Positions 47,692-57,305 of a DNA stretch of 64,000 nt are shown here, in pieces. Positions within the stretch are counted from its first letter, which is position 1. Every line of letters starts with the position of its first letter. The notes under the pieces were generated by a model that worked only from the letters and a program-made list of their open reading frames with translations, was not told the DNA's origin and did not search any database. Made by a program: the position numbers and the translations under genes. This DNA is from Deferribacterales bacterium. GTDB lineage: Bacteria; Chrysiogenota; Deferribacteres; Deferribacterales; Geovibrionaceae. The stretch lies in contig JBFWMA010000008.1 of assembly GCA_050251875.1 (NCBI GenBank), positions 1-64,000 on the forward strand, given 5' to 3'.

Positions 47692-49287
47692 TCATTGTCC
47701 TTTCGGTATGGATATTCGGAACATCACGCCGCCCAGCCTGCTTTTGGAAAATCCCACGGAGCCCTTGAGCTCTATCAGGGCTCTCTGCACCAGATAAAGC
47801 CCGATGCCCCTGCCCTCGCCCTTCGTGCTTATTCCTTTCTGAAAGATGTTCTCGGTCACAGCCATATCTATTCCGTGACCGGAATCCTCCACACGAAAGA
47901 CCAGATGGTCTCCGGAATCGCTCATGGACAGCTCCACCTGCTTCACAGCGCTGTCACGCACTGCGTCAAAGGCATTGTCCAGAATATTTCCCAGAATAGT
48001 TACCAGCTTTTTCCTGTCCATTTCCGCCGGAATATCCGCCATCCGGCTGTCTTTTGTTATGGAGAAATCTATCTTCAGCTCTCTCGCCCGGCTGTGTTTA
48101 CCCATTATCACGGCGGAAATCACCTGATCGGGCACGTTGGCGGTGACAAAGTTCATCATCTCCTGATGTATCTGGGTCTCGGACAATATCAGCTCCTGCG
48201 CCTCCTGATAAGCCTCCAGCTGGATCAGCCCGGCTATGGTGTGCAGTTTGTTGGAATATTCATGGGACTGCACCCTGAGCATGTCGGAGCACTCCCGCAC
48301 ACGGTTCAGCTCAGATGCCAGAATGTTCAGCTCGTCCTTCCTGCGGAATGTGATGACCGCTCCGTGGAGCCTGTCCATATATTTCACAGGCATGATATTA
48401 CACAGGACAGACAGCCCGTTGATGATGATCTCCGTGTCCTCCAGAGTCTCCTGAGATGCCAGAACCCTGTCCACATGGGCAGTCGGAAAAACATATCCCA
48501 CATCTTTTCCCGTTACGTCCTCCGTGATGTTCAGATTCCGCAGAGCCGTCTTGTTTATCATCCGTATCTCTTTCCGGTCGTTGATGGCTATCACCCCCGC
48601 CCGGATGCTGTCTATTATCGCTGTTCTCTCCAGATACAGGTCGGCTATCTGCGCCGGTTCCAGCCCCAGAGTTATCCTTTTTTGATATTCCGCTATCAGC
48701 AGGGCGGCGAAAAAACCCGTAACCAGCATCATCATAACAAATGTCAGAGGTCTCTTCTGGTGCTCCAGAATGACCGCTCTGATATTTGTGCTCAGATATC
48801 CCACGGCAACGAATCCGACTACCACGCCATCGCTGAAAACAGGTGTTATCCCTCTGACGGACGGTCCCAGTGTTCCCACGGCGGATGATATATATGATCT
48901 GCCCTCTTTCAGAGCTCCGTCAGTGTCGCCGCCCTGAAATTTCTTTCCGATGTTGTCGGTGTTCGGGTGGGAAAGACGTGTGCCGTTTCTGTCGGCGATC
49001 ACCACATACTGAGCGCCGACCTTCACACGGACAGCCTCCGCCATCTCCTGAATGTGTCCTTCTTTATCTCCGTTCACCAGAGCGTCTTTCACCACAGGAA
49101 ACTCGGCTATGGTCTCTGATATGCTCAGAGCTTTCTCGCCGATGTAATCCCGTGTAAAATCCGCCACCAGACCGGAAAAAATAATCCCGCTGATGACAAG
49201 CTGAACCAGCACCACCAGCGAGACCATTATAAGCATCTGAGTTTTTATCGGTTTATCGGAGAAAAAGGATTTCATTTGTTCCCGCAT
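47692..49287 (-). CDS. CitA/DcuS-family sensor histidine kinase
   Basis: RLSHP..IGK.F.GGD, GTLGPSVRG, QSHEYSNKLH, GNILDNA. Confidence 0.92.
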   Translation of the reverse strand: MREQMKSFFSDKPIKTQMLIMVSLVVLVQLVISGIIFSGLVADFTRDYIGEKALSISETIAEFPVVKDALVNGDKEGHIQEMAEAVRVKVGAQYVVIADRNGTRLSHPNTDNIGKKFQGGDTDGALKEGRSYISSAVGTLGPSVRGITPVFSDGVVVGFVAVGYLSTNIRAVILEHQKRPLTFVMMMLVTGFFAALLIAEYQKRITLGLEPAQIADLYLERTAIIDSIRAGVIAINDRKEIRMINKTALRNLNITEDVTGKDVGYVFPTAHVDRVLASQETLEDTEIIINGLSVLCNIMPVKYMDRLHGAVITFRRKDELNILASELNRVRECSDMLRVQSHEYSNKLHTIAGLIQLEAYQEAQELILSETQIHQEMMNFVTANVPDQVISAVIMGKHSRARELKIDFSITKDSRMADIPAEMDRKKLVTILGNILDNAFDAVRDSAVKQVELSMSDSGDHLVFRVEDSGHGIDMAVTENIFQKGISTKGEGRGIGLYLVQRALIELKGSVGFSKSRLGGVMFRISIPKGQ

Positions 49288-49342
49288 AGTTTGTATTTCT
49301 CCTAATCTTAACCCTTGTCACTGATATTTCAATATAAATACA

Positions 49343-49378
49343 GGAGCGCCGTCTTCCCTCTTCCCCTGACAGCGCCCC
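49343..49378 (-). terminator. Stem-loop after dcuB
   Basis: GGGGCGCTGTC..GACGGCGCTCC with a weak U tract. Confidence 0.5.
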
Positions 49379-49392
49379 GTATCATATATCCG

Positions 49393-50712
49393 TCAGACTA
49401 TGAACAGAGCCAGAGCGTATCCGACACAGCATGCTGTGATGACCCCGATAAGACCGGGAAACATGAAGCTGTGGTTGAAATAGTATTTTCCTATTTTGGT
49501 TGTTCCTGTTACGTCAAATGTACAGGTGGCGATATCTGACGGATAGTTCGGTATAAAGAAATATCCGTAACTGGAGGGCAGTATGGCTATCAGGATAGCG
49601 GGGGACAGCCCCAGCCCCAGACCCACGGGGAGCATCATCTTACATGTTGCCGCCTGAGAGTTGATAACCACGGACACGATGAACATAGCCAGGGCGAATG
49701 TCCAGGGGTTGTCCTGTACCATGCCTGTTATGGCTACTTTGAAAACGGGCATAGCGTGCTGAAAATATGTGTCGCTCATCCATGCTATACCGAAGATGGC
49801 TATACAGGCTACCATACCTGATTTAAACACCACGCCTTCGGGTACTTTCGCGGGTTTTGTTTTTGTCAGAACCAGTATCAGACCGCCGAATGCGAGCATC
49901 ATCATCTGGATGAGTGTCGCCATGTCCACAGGTTTCGGCATATCAGAGAGTTTTCTCAGTGCCGGGAACATGCCCAGTATCACGATGATAACCAGAGACA
50001 GCAGGAAGAGATATACAGCGTGTTTCGCTGATTCGGGCAGAACCTCGTTCAGGGTTGTGGCTGTGGTGTTCTCTATCCTCTCACGCCAGATGGGGTCTTC
50101 CATACGTTTCTGGAATTCCGGATCGTCCTGAAGCTCTTTGCCTCTTCTGGCGCTGTAGATTGACATGGCTATCACGCCTACGAATGTGGCGGGGATTGTC
50201 ACGCCGATGATGGACATGAGGCTCACGCCGAAACCGGACATCTCAGACAGATAGTAAACGACAGCGGCTGAGATGGGGCTGGCTGTGATGCCCAGCTGTG
50301 AAGCCACTGACGCCGCCGCCATGGGGCGCTCGGGGCGTATGTTGTTTTTCAGCGCCACGTCGCCGATGATGGGCATGATGGTGTAGACAGCGTGTCCTGT
50401 TCCCAGCATCACTGTCATGATGTATGTAACCATCGGTCCGATGAATGTGACCCTCTTGGGGTTCGACCTCAGTATGCGCTCAGCTATCTGAAGCATATAT
50501 TTCAGACCGCCCGCTGCCTCCAGTATAGAGGCGCAGGTAACCACTGCCAGAATGATAAGCATTACTGTGACGGGGGGCGATGTGGGAACCATTCTGAAGA
50601 CAAAAACTTCTATCAGAAGTCCTATGCCTGATACCACGCCAAGACCTATACCGCCGAAACGGCTGCCGAGGTAGAGCATCAGAAGCAGAAATAAGAATTC
50701 TAAGTATAACAT
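49393..50712 (-). CDS. dcuB: Anaerobic C4-dicarboxylate transporter
   Basis: GGIGLG, IRPERPMA, YGYFFIPNYPSD, GTTKIGKYYFNHSF. Confidence 0.9.
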   Translation of the reverse strand: MLYLEFLFLLLMLYLGSRFGGIGLGVVSGIGLLIEVFVFRMVPTSPPVTVMLIILAVVTCASILEAAGGLKYMLQIAERILRSNPKRVTFIGPMVTYIMTVMLGTGHAVYTIMPIIGDVALKNNIRPERPMAAASVASQLGITASPISAAVVYYLSEMSGFGVSLMSIIGVTIPATFVGVIAMSIYSARRGKELQDDPEFQKRMEDPIWRERIENTTATTLNEVLPESAKHAVYLFLLSLVIIVILGMFPALRKLSDMPKPVDMATLIQMMMLAFGGLILVLTKTKPAKVPEGVVFKSGMVACIAIFGIAWMSDTYFQHAMPVFKVAITGMVQDNPWTFALAMFIVSVVINSQAATCKMMLPVGLGLGLSPAILIAILPSSYGYFFIPNYPSDIATCTFDVTGTTKIGKYYFNHSFMFPGLIGVITACCVGYALALFIV

Positions 50713-50827
50713 GGTGTACCTCCTGTTTATGCGTTTGCATAAACCTAAGATACCACCTGCCATATATTCGTAAAGTATTCGGAATAAATGCTTTTTTACT
50801 AGATAAAAAACTTTTTGATCATATTGC

Positions 50828-51628
50828 TCACCAGATTTTTTTCAAATCACGCATATGATCCGCCGAACCGGAATTTTTCACCAGCATCATCTCGCTGAGG
50901 ATGCTGAGGGCGATCTCCTTCGGGTTGGTGTCGGCTATATTGAGCCCCATGGGGGCATATACTCTTTTCAGCGCCTCTTCGCCCACGCTTCTGTCTTTCA
51001 GGTTGCCGAATATCTTTCTGATCTTCGATGTACTGCCGATCATGCCGATATATTTCGCCTGTGAGCCTGCCACGGCGAAAAGGGCGTTCTCGTCCGTGTG
51101 GTGGCTTCTGGTGGCGATGGCGATGTAGCTGAGGTCATCGAACTCGATGCTCTTCAGCACCTGTTCCATATCCCCGCAGATAACCTCAGACGCTTCCGGA
51201 AACAGCGCTCTGTCCGCCATGTCCGCTCTGTCGTCCACTATCACCGTGGAGAACCCGAACTCACTGCCCAGATGATAAAGCTGTGTGCCTATGTGTCCCG
51301 CCCCCACAATGTAAAGCACGGGCGATTTAGAAAATACTCTGATGAAAATGCGCACGCTTCCGCCGCACGCCATGTCGGCGTCCGCTTTCAGATTATACTG
51401 CGCCTCTTTGGAAACTCCCGTCCGGATACATTCCAGAGCCTCGCTCACCGCCAGATGCTCCAGCCTGCCGCCGCCTATGGTGCCGGAGGTCTCTCCGTTC
51501 TCCGCCACGGTCATCATATATCCGGTCACCGCCGGGGACGACCCTTCGCTATTTATCACTGTTATAAGGGCGGACGGCGTATTGGTACGCACATATTCCG
51601 CCAGCTTTTCCGATATCATTCTGTCCAT
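50828..51628 (-). CDS. XdhC/CoxI family molybdenum hydroxylase accessory protein
   Basis: GTIGGG.LE, MACGG, GAGHI, YIGMIGS, PMGL, EIALSI. Confidence 0.9.
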   Translation of the reverse strand: MDRMISEKLAEYVRTNTPSALITVINSEGSSPAVTGYMMTVAENGETSGTIGGGRLEHLAVSEALECIRTGVSKEAQYNLKADADMACGGSVRIFIRVFSKSPVLYIVGAGHIGTQLYHLGSEFGFSTVIVDDRADMADRALFPEASEVICGDMEQVLKSIEFDDLSYIAIATRSHHTDENALFAVAGSQAKYIGMIGSTSKIRKIFGNLKDRSVGEEALKRVYAPMGLNIADTNPKEIALSILSEMMLVKNSGSADHMRDLKKIW

Positions 51629-52425
51629 ATTCTATCCCTCAGATGCCCCATAACAGCCTCCACAACTCCCCCGCCCACGGCGAGAGCCTTGTCCGAGATC
51701 ATCAGGGCATTGCCCGTCTCTGTTTTTCTGACGTCCACATCGGCTATCTTCATGCCGACAGGCGTTTCGTATCCGTCCTGAATCATTCCGCGCACCAGCC
51801 CGTCAAAAGGCGCTTTTATCTCAGCATCGCCCACGATGGCGATCGTTTCGCCCTCGCGAACCACAGAGCCGATATCCCGCAGAACCTTTATCTTTCCGGC
51901 GTATGGGCTGTATATCACCCTTTCGGCTGATTTTCCGCCTATCTCCCCCGGCGTGCCTGTGTTGGGCGCCGCCTCTCCGGAATATATCACTCTGCCCAGC
52001 GTATGCCCCCGCCTGGTCTCCACCACGGCGTGCACGTCCGCTCCGGCGGTGAACCCGCACCCCAGAGCCACGGTGAACGGAGCCATGTCTATCCGTGTGC
52101 CCAGATTCCTCTTGGCTATCACGGCGTCCACCAGCACATCCGGCTTTATCTTCTCCAGTGAAGCGCAGTCAGGATCTATTATAACAGGTATACTGCCGCT
52201 GTTCAGAACATCTCTGTAATGCTCCGTATCCGTCAGGACAGCGGTGAGATCCTCCACCTGTGCCCTGCCGTCATACACCGCCATACACAGAGACACCGTG
52301 CGGCGAATTGCGGACGGCTTAGCGCATTCCAGAATCACAACATCAAAACCGCACTTTTTCAGACGGTAAATAACGCCCGTGGCGATGTCTCCTCCGCCCC
52401 GGACGGCTGTCAGTATCTTTTCCAC
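51616..52425 (-). CDS. yqeB: Selenium-dependent molybdenum hydroxylase system protein YqeB
   Basis: VRGGGDIATG, IRRTVS, AKRNLGT, ETRRGHTLGR, ISDKALAVGGGV. Confidence 0.92.
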   Translation of the reverse strand: MEKILTAVRGGGDIATGVIYRLKKCGFDVVILECAKPSAIRRTVSLCMAVYDGRAQVEDLTAVLTDTEHYRDVLNSGSIPVIIDPDCASLEKIKPDVLVDAVIAKRNLGTRIDMAPFTVALGCGFTAGADVHAVVETRRGHTLGRVIYSGEAAPNTGTPGEIGGKSAERVIYSPYAGKIKVLRDIGSVVREGETIAIVGDAEIKAPFDGLVRGMIQDGYETPVGMKIADVDVRKTETGNALMISDKALAVGGGVVEAVMGHLRDRIWTE

Positions 52426-52982
52426 AATTCTTTCACCCTTTTCAGGTCATCCATATCGTCAATGTCCGTGAACTGACCGCAGTCGGAAAACTCCACCATG
52501 TTCAGCCTGAACACTCCGGAATCTATAACGGCACGTCCGCCCATATCGCCCTCTATAGCTTTCAGAGCATCTATGGCTTTTGCCGGAAAAATAACGGGAT
52601 TGCGTCTCTTTCCGTCACAGACAGGTATGGTTATATGGTCTTTCTTATGATTATATATCAGTTTATCAATAGTTTCAGCTTTTAAGAGAGGCATATCCGC
52701 CGCAAAGAACATCACGTCCGTGTCTATATCCGTGAGCCCCAGACGGATGCTGTATCCCTGTCCGGCTTCCGGATTATCCACATATATCGTATTTATGCCG
52801 TATTTTTCGGCTGTTTCTGCTATTTTGTCGTTATGATATGTCAGATTTATCCGTGAAAATGAAGATACCGGAAGTTTTTTCAGAAAAATATCTATGACGC
52901 TCCCGCCGTCCAGTTCCAGAAGGAGCTTGTCGGTGCCCAGCCTCTTTGACTGACCCGCCGCCAGCACCACGGCAGAGATCAT
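52410..52982 (-). CDS. mocA: Molybdenum cofactor cytidylyltransferase (MocA/YgfJ-like)
   Basis: LAAGQSKRLG.DKL, ADMP, NPVIF, GDMGGR, DIDD. Confidence 0.85.
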   Translation of the reverse strand: MISAVVLAAGQSKRLGTDKLLLELDGGSVIDIFLKKLPVSSFSRINLTYHNDKIAETAEKYGINTIYVDNPEAGQGYSIRLGLTDIDTDVMFFAADMPLLKAETIDKLIYNHKKDHITIPVCDGKRRNPVIFPAKAIDALKAIEGDMGGRAVIDSGVFRLNMVEFSDCGQFTDIDDMDDLKRVKELWKRY

Positions 52983-53662
52983 CACAGCACTCTCACTCTC
53001 TCGGCGAAGACGTCTCCGCACACCGTCATCATGCTCTGTTTTTCTATGTCGGCATCCTCCGGAGAGTGGCTGAAATAGAGTATTTTCCTGCCGGAACTCG
53101 CCTTAAAAAGCCCTATTTTGTGATTTACCAGCGCATACAGGTGTTTTTTCTCTATCACGTCACCGTCCTGAAGCCCCGTCAGAACTTTAAATACGGAGTA
53201 TCGGTGAACCAGGCTCTCGTCCAGCCTCATCCCCAGCACGCTGTAATTGATGATGCCGATGGTGTAGTCCCCGCAGGGATATATCACAGGCTCGTAATGG
53301 TTCCAGCCTTTCAGCGGTTTTTTCTTCGACCCGTCCGCCTCTATCAGCATCAGGTCGAAGCGTTCTTTCAGATCATTATATTTTGCCGGAGTATCCAGAA
53401 ATATCTTGTTATGGTCTATCCCCTCGGACACCACATATATTCCGCACGATATCTCCTGTCCCTCGAAACATTTGCCGGAGAGATCCACATGGTCGGCATA
53501 GTCCGGCAGATACATCTTGGTGGAGGCGGTTATCAGAACGCTCATGCCTCTGGACTTCGCCTCCAGAGCCAGCCTCTTTATCAGGTTGGTCTTGCCGCCG
53601 GCGCCTGTTATGAAGACAGCTCCTTTTTCTATTCCGAAGGCTTTAAGAAAAATATCATCCAT
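52982..53662 (-). CDS. yqeC: Selenium cofactor biosynthesis protein YqeC
   Basis: GAGGKT, TASTKM, EADGSKKKPLKG..EPVI. Confidence 0.9.
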   Translation of the reverse strand: MDDIFLKAFGIEKGAVFITGAGGKTNLIKRLALEAKSRGMSVLITASTKMYLPDYADHVDLSGKCFEGQEISCGIYVVSEGIDHNKIFLDTPAKYNDLKERFDLMLIEADGSKKKPLKGWNHYEPVIYPCGDYTIGIINYSVLGMRLDESLVHRYSVFKVLTGLQDGDVIEKKHLYALVNHKIGLFKASSGRKILYFSHSPEDADIEKQSMMTVCGDVFAERVRVL

Positions 53663-55952
53663 TTTTTTTCATCATCCCCAGAAGAACTTTTTCAGGAGTA
53701 ATGGGAAGCTCCGTAACACGCACTCCTGTGGCGTTATAAACAGCGTGGGCAATAGCCGGAGCCGGAGTGTTGGTAACCACCTCTCCCAGCGATTTCGCCC
53801 CGAACGGACCTGTGGGCTCGTAACTGCTCTCGAACGCCGTGCGTATACAGCCGAAATCCTTACGGCAGGGTATTTTATATGTCATGAAAGTATCAGTCGC
53901 CATGCGCCCAGTGGACGAATATATCACATCTTCGTAAAGCGCCAGACCGATGCCCTGCGCTATGCCGCCCTCCAGCTGAACACGGGCAAGGTTTTCGTTG
54001 ATTACCGTTCCGCAGTCCGCCACAGCGGCAAAATCCGTAACGGCGCATCTGCCTGTTTCCATATCCACGGTCACTTCAGCGAATCCCGCCACAAAAGGCG
54101 GCGGAGATGTCTCGCCTCCGTATGTTCCCTTCGCTATCAGCTGATCCTTCCCAGTGAAACCGCACAGTTTTTCTCCCAGCTCTCTGAGCGATATACTGCT
54201 GCCGTCTTTTGATTTTATCTCAGCTCCGCCGTATTCTATGCTCTCTGTGTCTGTGTGGAGCATACGGGCGGCGGTCTCTGTTATCTGTCTTTTCATGTCT
54301 TCTGCGGCGGCTATGACAGCGTTCCCTGTGACATATGTTCCGCTGGAGGCGTAGGCTCCGGGGTCATAGGGCACTGTGTCTATGTCATCGCTGGTGACGA
54401 TGATGCTCGATATATCCACTTCCAGCACTTCCGCCGCCATCTGGAGCAGAACGGTATCACTGCCCTGTCCCATGTCGGAGGCTGAGTGTATCAGTGTGAA
54501 GAATCCGCCGTCATTCAGCTTAATATACGCCGTGGCGGTGTCGATCTTGGCTATGCCCGATCCCTGCATGGTTACCGCCATGCCGTATCCCTTCACATAT
54601 CTGTCGTCTATAACCTGCCTGGGATATTTTTCGTCCCAGCCTATCATCTTTTTACCTGTCTCTATGCACCTTCTCAGGGCTGTGCTCTTCAGCACGGCGG
54701 GGCTTCCCGCCATCGATCCGTCCAGCTCATAGTGGGCGTCCCCTTCGTCCAGCAGATTCATCATCCTCAGCTCACAGGGGTCTATGCCCAGCATGTCGGA
54801 GAGCTGGTTCATCGCCGATTCCTGAGCGAACGTGCCCTGTGTGGCGCCGTATCCACGGAGCGCTCCGGCGGGCATCTTGTTAGTGTAGAGAGCGTGTCCG
54901 TAATATCTGCACGCTTCTGAGTGATAGAGCGGAAGAGTCTTGTGTCCAACCACATAAAAAACCGTGGGAGCATGCTCTCCGTATGCTCCGGTGTCTGAAA
55001 AACCGTGGATGTCTATCGCCTTTATCCTGCCTGTGCTGTCCGCACCCAGTCTCACATCCAGCTTCATGGCGTGGCGGCTGGTGGAACAGGAGAACGTTTC
55101 GTGGCGTGTGTATATTATTTTGGACGGTTTTTTGGTGATGTGCGTCACCAGAGCCGGAAAAAGCTCCGCCGTGGCGGTCTGTTTTCCGCCAAAACCGCCG
55201 CCTAGACGTGGTTTTATTATTCTGATATTCTGCTTAGGGATGCCCAGAATCCTCGAAAGATGTCTGCGGACATGGAAAGGTATCTGGGTGGAGCTGGTGA
55301 CGACAAGCCTGCCGTTATAATCTATTCTGGCGGACGCCCGGTATGTCTCCATCATGGCGTGCGCCTGCGCCTGTGTCCGGCATGACAGCTCCGACACGAC
55401 AGAACATTCTTTCAGCTTCTCCTCCACATTTCCCTGCTCGGTGTATGTGGTGGAGGCTATGTTTCTGGATGAGTCGCATCCTATGTCGAAGTTGGTATGG
55501 GGCTGAACGGAATGCACCTGATTAGGGTTATCCAGAGCAGTGTCCGGATCGAGCACAGACTCCAGCAGTTCATATTCCACATGTATTTTTTTCAGAGCTT
55601 TCAGGGCGGTCTTCTCGTCCACGGCGGCGACTATCGCCACCTCATCGCCCACATAGCGCACATGCCTGTCCAGAACCCTCCGGTCGTATGCGGACGGCTC
55701 GGGATATGACTGACCCGCCAGAGTAAAATTAACGTCCGGCACATCTTTATATGTCAGAGCACATTCCACGCCTTCCATAGCCAGAGCTTCAGAGACGTCT
55801 ATGCTCTTTATCACGGCGCTGGGGTGCGGACTGCGAAGTATCTTTATTATCAGTGTGTTGTTATTAATCTCCAGATCGTCCGTGTATACGGGCAGACCTC
55901 TTACCAGAGCGTTTCCGTCAGATTTGTGTATCTTTTTGCCGATATATCTCAT
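53655..55952 (-). CDS. Xanthine dehydrogenase family molybdopterin-binding subunit
   Basis: RSPHP, STQIPF, GGGFGGKQ, ALRGYG, GPFGAKSLGE. Confidence 0.93.
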   Translation of the reverse strand: MRYIGKKIHKSDGNALVRGLPVYTDDLEINNNTLIIKILRSPHPSAVIKSIDVSEALAMEGVECALTYKDVPDVNFTLAGQSYPEPSAYDRRVLDRHVRYVGDEVAIVAAVDEKTALKALKKIHVEYELLESVLDPDTALDNPNQVHSVQPHTNFDIGCDSSRNIASTTYTEQGNVEEKLKECSVVSELSCRTQAQAHAMMETYRASARIDYNGRLVVTSSTQIPFHVRRHLSRILGIPKQNIRIIKPRLGGGFGGKQTATAELFPALVTHITKKPSKIIYTRHETFSCSTSRHAMKLDVRLGADSTGRIKAIDIHGFSDTGAYGEHAPTVFYVVGHKTLPLYHSEACRYYGHALYTNKMPAGALRGYGATQGTFAQESAMNQLSDMLGIDPCELRMMNLLDEGDAHYELDGSMAGSPAVLKSTALRRCIETGKKMIGWDEKYPRQVIDDRYVKGYGMAVTMQGSGIAKIDTATAYIKLNDGGFFTLIHSASDMGQGSDTVLLQMAAEVLEVDISSIIVTSDDIDTVPYDPGAYASSGTYVTGNAVIAAAEDMKRQITETAARMLHTDTESIEYGGAEIKSKDGSSISLRELGEKLCGFTGKDQLIAKGTYGGETSPPPFVAGFAEVTVDMETGRCAVTDFAAVADCGTVINENLARVQLEGGIAQGIGLALYEDVIYSSTGRMATDTFMTYKIPCRKDFGCIRTAFESSYEPTGPFGAKSLGEVVTNTPAPAIAHAVYNATGVRVTELPITPEKVLLGMMKKNG

Positions 55953-56401
55953 TTTTTCGACTCCAGATACTTTTTAACGGCTCTGGTCTGGCTCATATAT
56001 CCGGTGCACCGGCACAGGCATCCAGCCATATAGTGCTGTATCTCATCTTCTGTGGGGTCTTTCAGCTCCTTTTCCATAGCGAGCACGGTCATCACGAATC
56101 CGGACAGACAGAATCCGCACTGCTCCGCCCCCTCGTCCGCCATAAAGGCGGCGAAGACCTCCGCCTGTTCACGCACACCCTCTATGGTGGTGATGCTCGC
56201 TCCGTCCGCTCTGGCGGTCAGATAGGCGCAGGAGAGGATGGGTTTTTCGTCCACCCACACGGTGCAGAGCCCGCATGAGCCTGTGTCGCATCCCTGCTTC
56301 ACGCTGAGGTATCCGGCCTTTCTGAGGGTTTCGGAAAGGAACTCGCCGGGATCGGCGATCAGCTCCCTCTTCTGTCCGTTTACGGTGAGATTAACCAGCA
56401 T
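55949..56401 (-). CDS. Xanthine dehydrogenase family 2x[2Fe-2S] subunit
   Basis: GCDTGSCGLCTV, QCGFC, LCRCTGY. Confidence 0.93.
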   Translation of the reverse strand: MLVNLTVNGQKRELIADPGEFLSETLRKAGYLSVKQGCDTGSCGLCTVWVDEKPILSCAYLTARADGASITTIEGVREQAEVFAAFMADEGAEQCGFCLSGFVMTVLAMEKELKDPTEDEIQHYMAGCLCRCTGYMSQTRAVKKYLESKK

Positions 56402-57191
56402 GGGCAGCCCCCATGACGGCACGTTTAACGAGCGGCACGCAGACCGCTTTTCTATAGTCCGCTTTTCCTCTGATATTATCCTGAAAATCCAGAGTTCCGG
56501 CGCATATTCTTCCTGCCTCTTCGGCTGTTTTTTCGTTTATTATATTATTATTCAGAAATTCCTCAGCTTCTGCAACTCTGACGGCTTTCTGAGGTCTCGC
56601 ACCCACAGCCAGAGAGTATTTTCCGTCTGTCACGGCGCAGGCGCAGTTCAGCACGGCATAGTCTCCATGTGAGTTTCTGACGCTATTAAAGACCGCTTTT
56701 TTTATGTTATTTTGTATTATTACCTTAGTTATTATATCTTTTGACAGTTTTTTCGAGTTCATATACTCAGCCAGGTTCATGGATGCGCCGGAGGCAAAAG
56801 CGATAGTCACGTCCAGCACGGACATAGCGGTGAGTATATCGGAGAAAGGATAGCGCCCGGCAACAGTTCCGCCGATGGTGGCGCAGTTTCTGAGCTGTAC
56901 GCCAACTATATCTGCGCAGGCATCCTTAAAAAGGTATCCGAAATTTTCCAGAATGTTTTTGTCCGTCTCCAGAGCACGCAGGCTCACCATAGCGCCCAGC
57001 TCTGTCGATCCGTCCCTGACCGTTATTCTGTCCAGCTCCAGAGCGGACAGGTCTATCCCCGTTGAGATATTTTTTGCGCCCATGCGCAGATAACAGCATC
57101 CGCCCAGAACAGCGGCACCGTCAGTGTTCTGATATACTTTCAGTGCGTCTTCGGCTGAAACCGCCCTGTAATACTTTTCGATATTCATCAT
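56391..57191 (-). CDS. Xanthine dehydrogenase family FAD-binding subunit
   Basis: IVGVQLRNCATIGG, GARP, DNIRGKADYR. Confidence 0.9.
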   Translation of the reverse strand: MMNIEKYYRAVSAEDALKVYQNTDGAAVLGGCCYLRMGAKNISTGIDLSALELDRITVRDGSTELGAMVSLRALETDKNILENFGYLFKDACADIVGVQLRNCATIGGTVAGRYPFSDILTAMSVLDVTIAFASGASMNLAEYMNSKKLSKDIITKVIIQNNIKKAVFNSVRNSHGDYAVLNCACAVTDGKYSLAVGARPQKAVRVAEAEEFLNNNIINEKTAEEAGRICAGTLDFQDNIRGKADYRKAVCVPLVKRAVMGAAHAG

Positions 57192-57253
57192 CTAATAGAA
57201 GCTCCCGATCTCTGATATAACAATATCCTGTTTAATACTCATTTTTGCAACAC

Positions 57254-57282
57254 AAAAAAGGCAGGGCTTCTGACCCTGCCTT
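57254..57282 (-). terminator. Terminator after the permease gene
   Basis: AAGGCAGGG..CCCTGCCTTTTTT on the minus strand. Confidence 0.75.
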
Positions 57283-57305
57283 GCCTGTTTATAATGTTTC
57301 TGAGT

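Noticed and set aside
47419..48888. 489-aa plus-strand ORF
   Set aside because: Antisense shadow of the clearly recognisable DcuS/DcuR-like genes; no motifs.
50828..57191. Selenocysteine (UGA) recoding in the Se cluster
   Set aside because: The ORFs appear full-length without in-frame UGA; this trait uses a labile Se cofactor rather than Sec.
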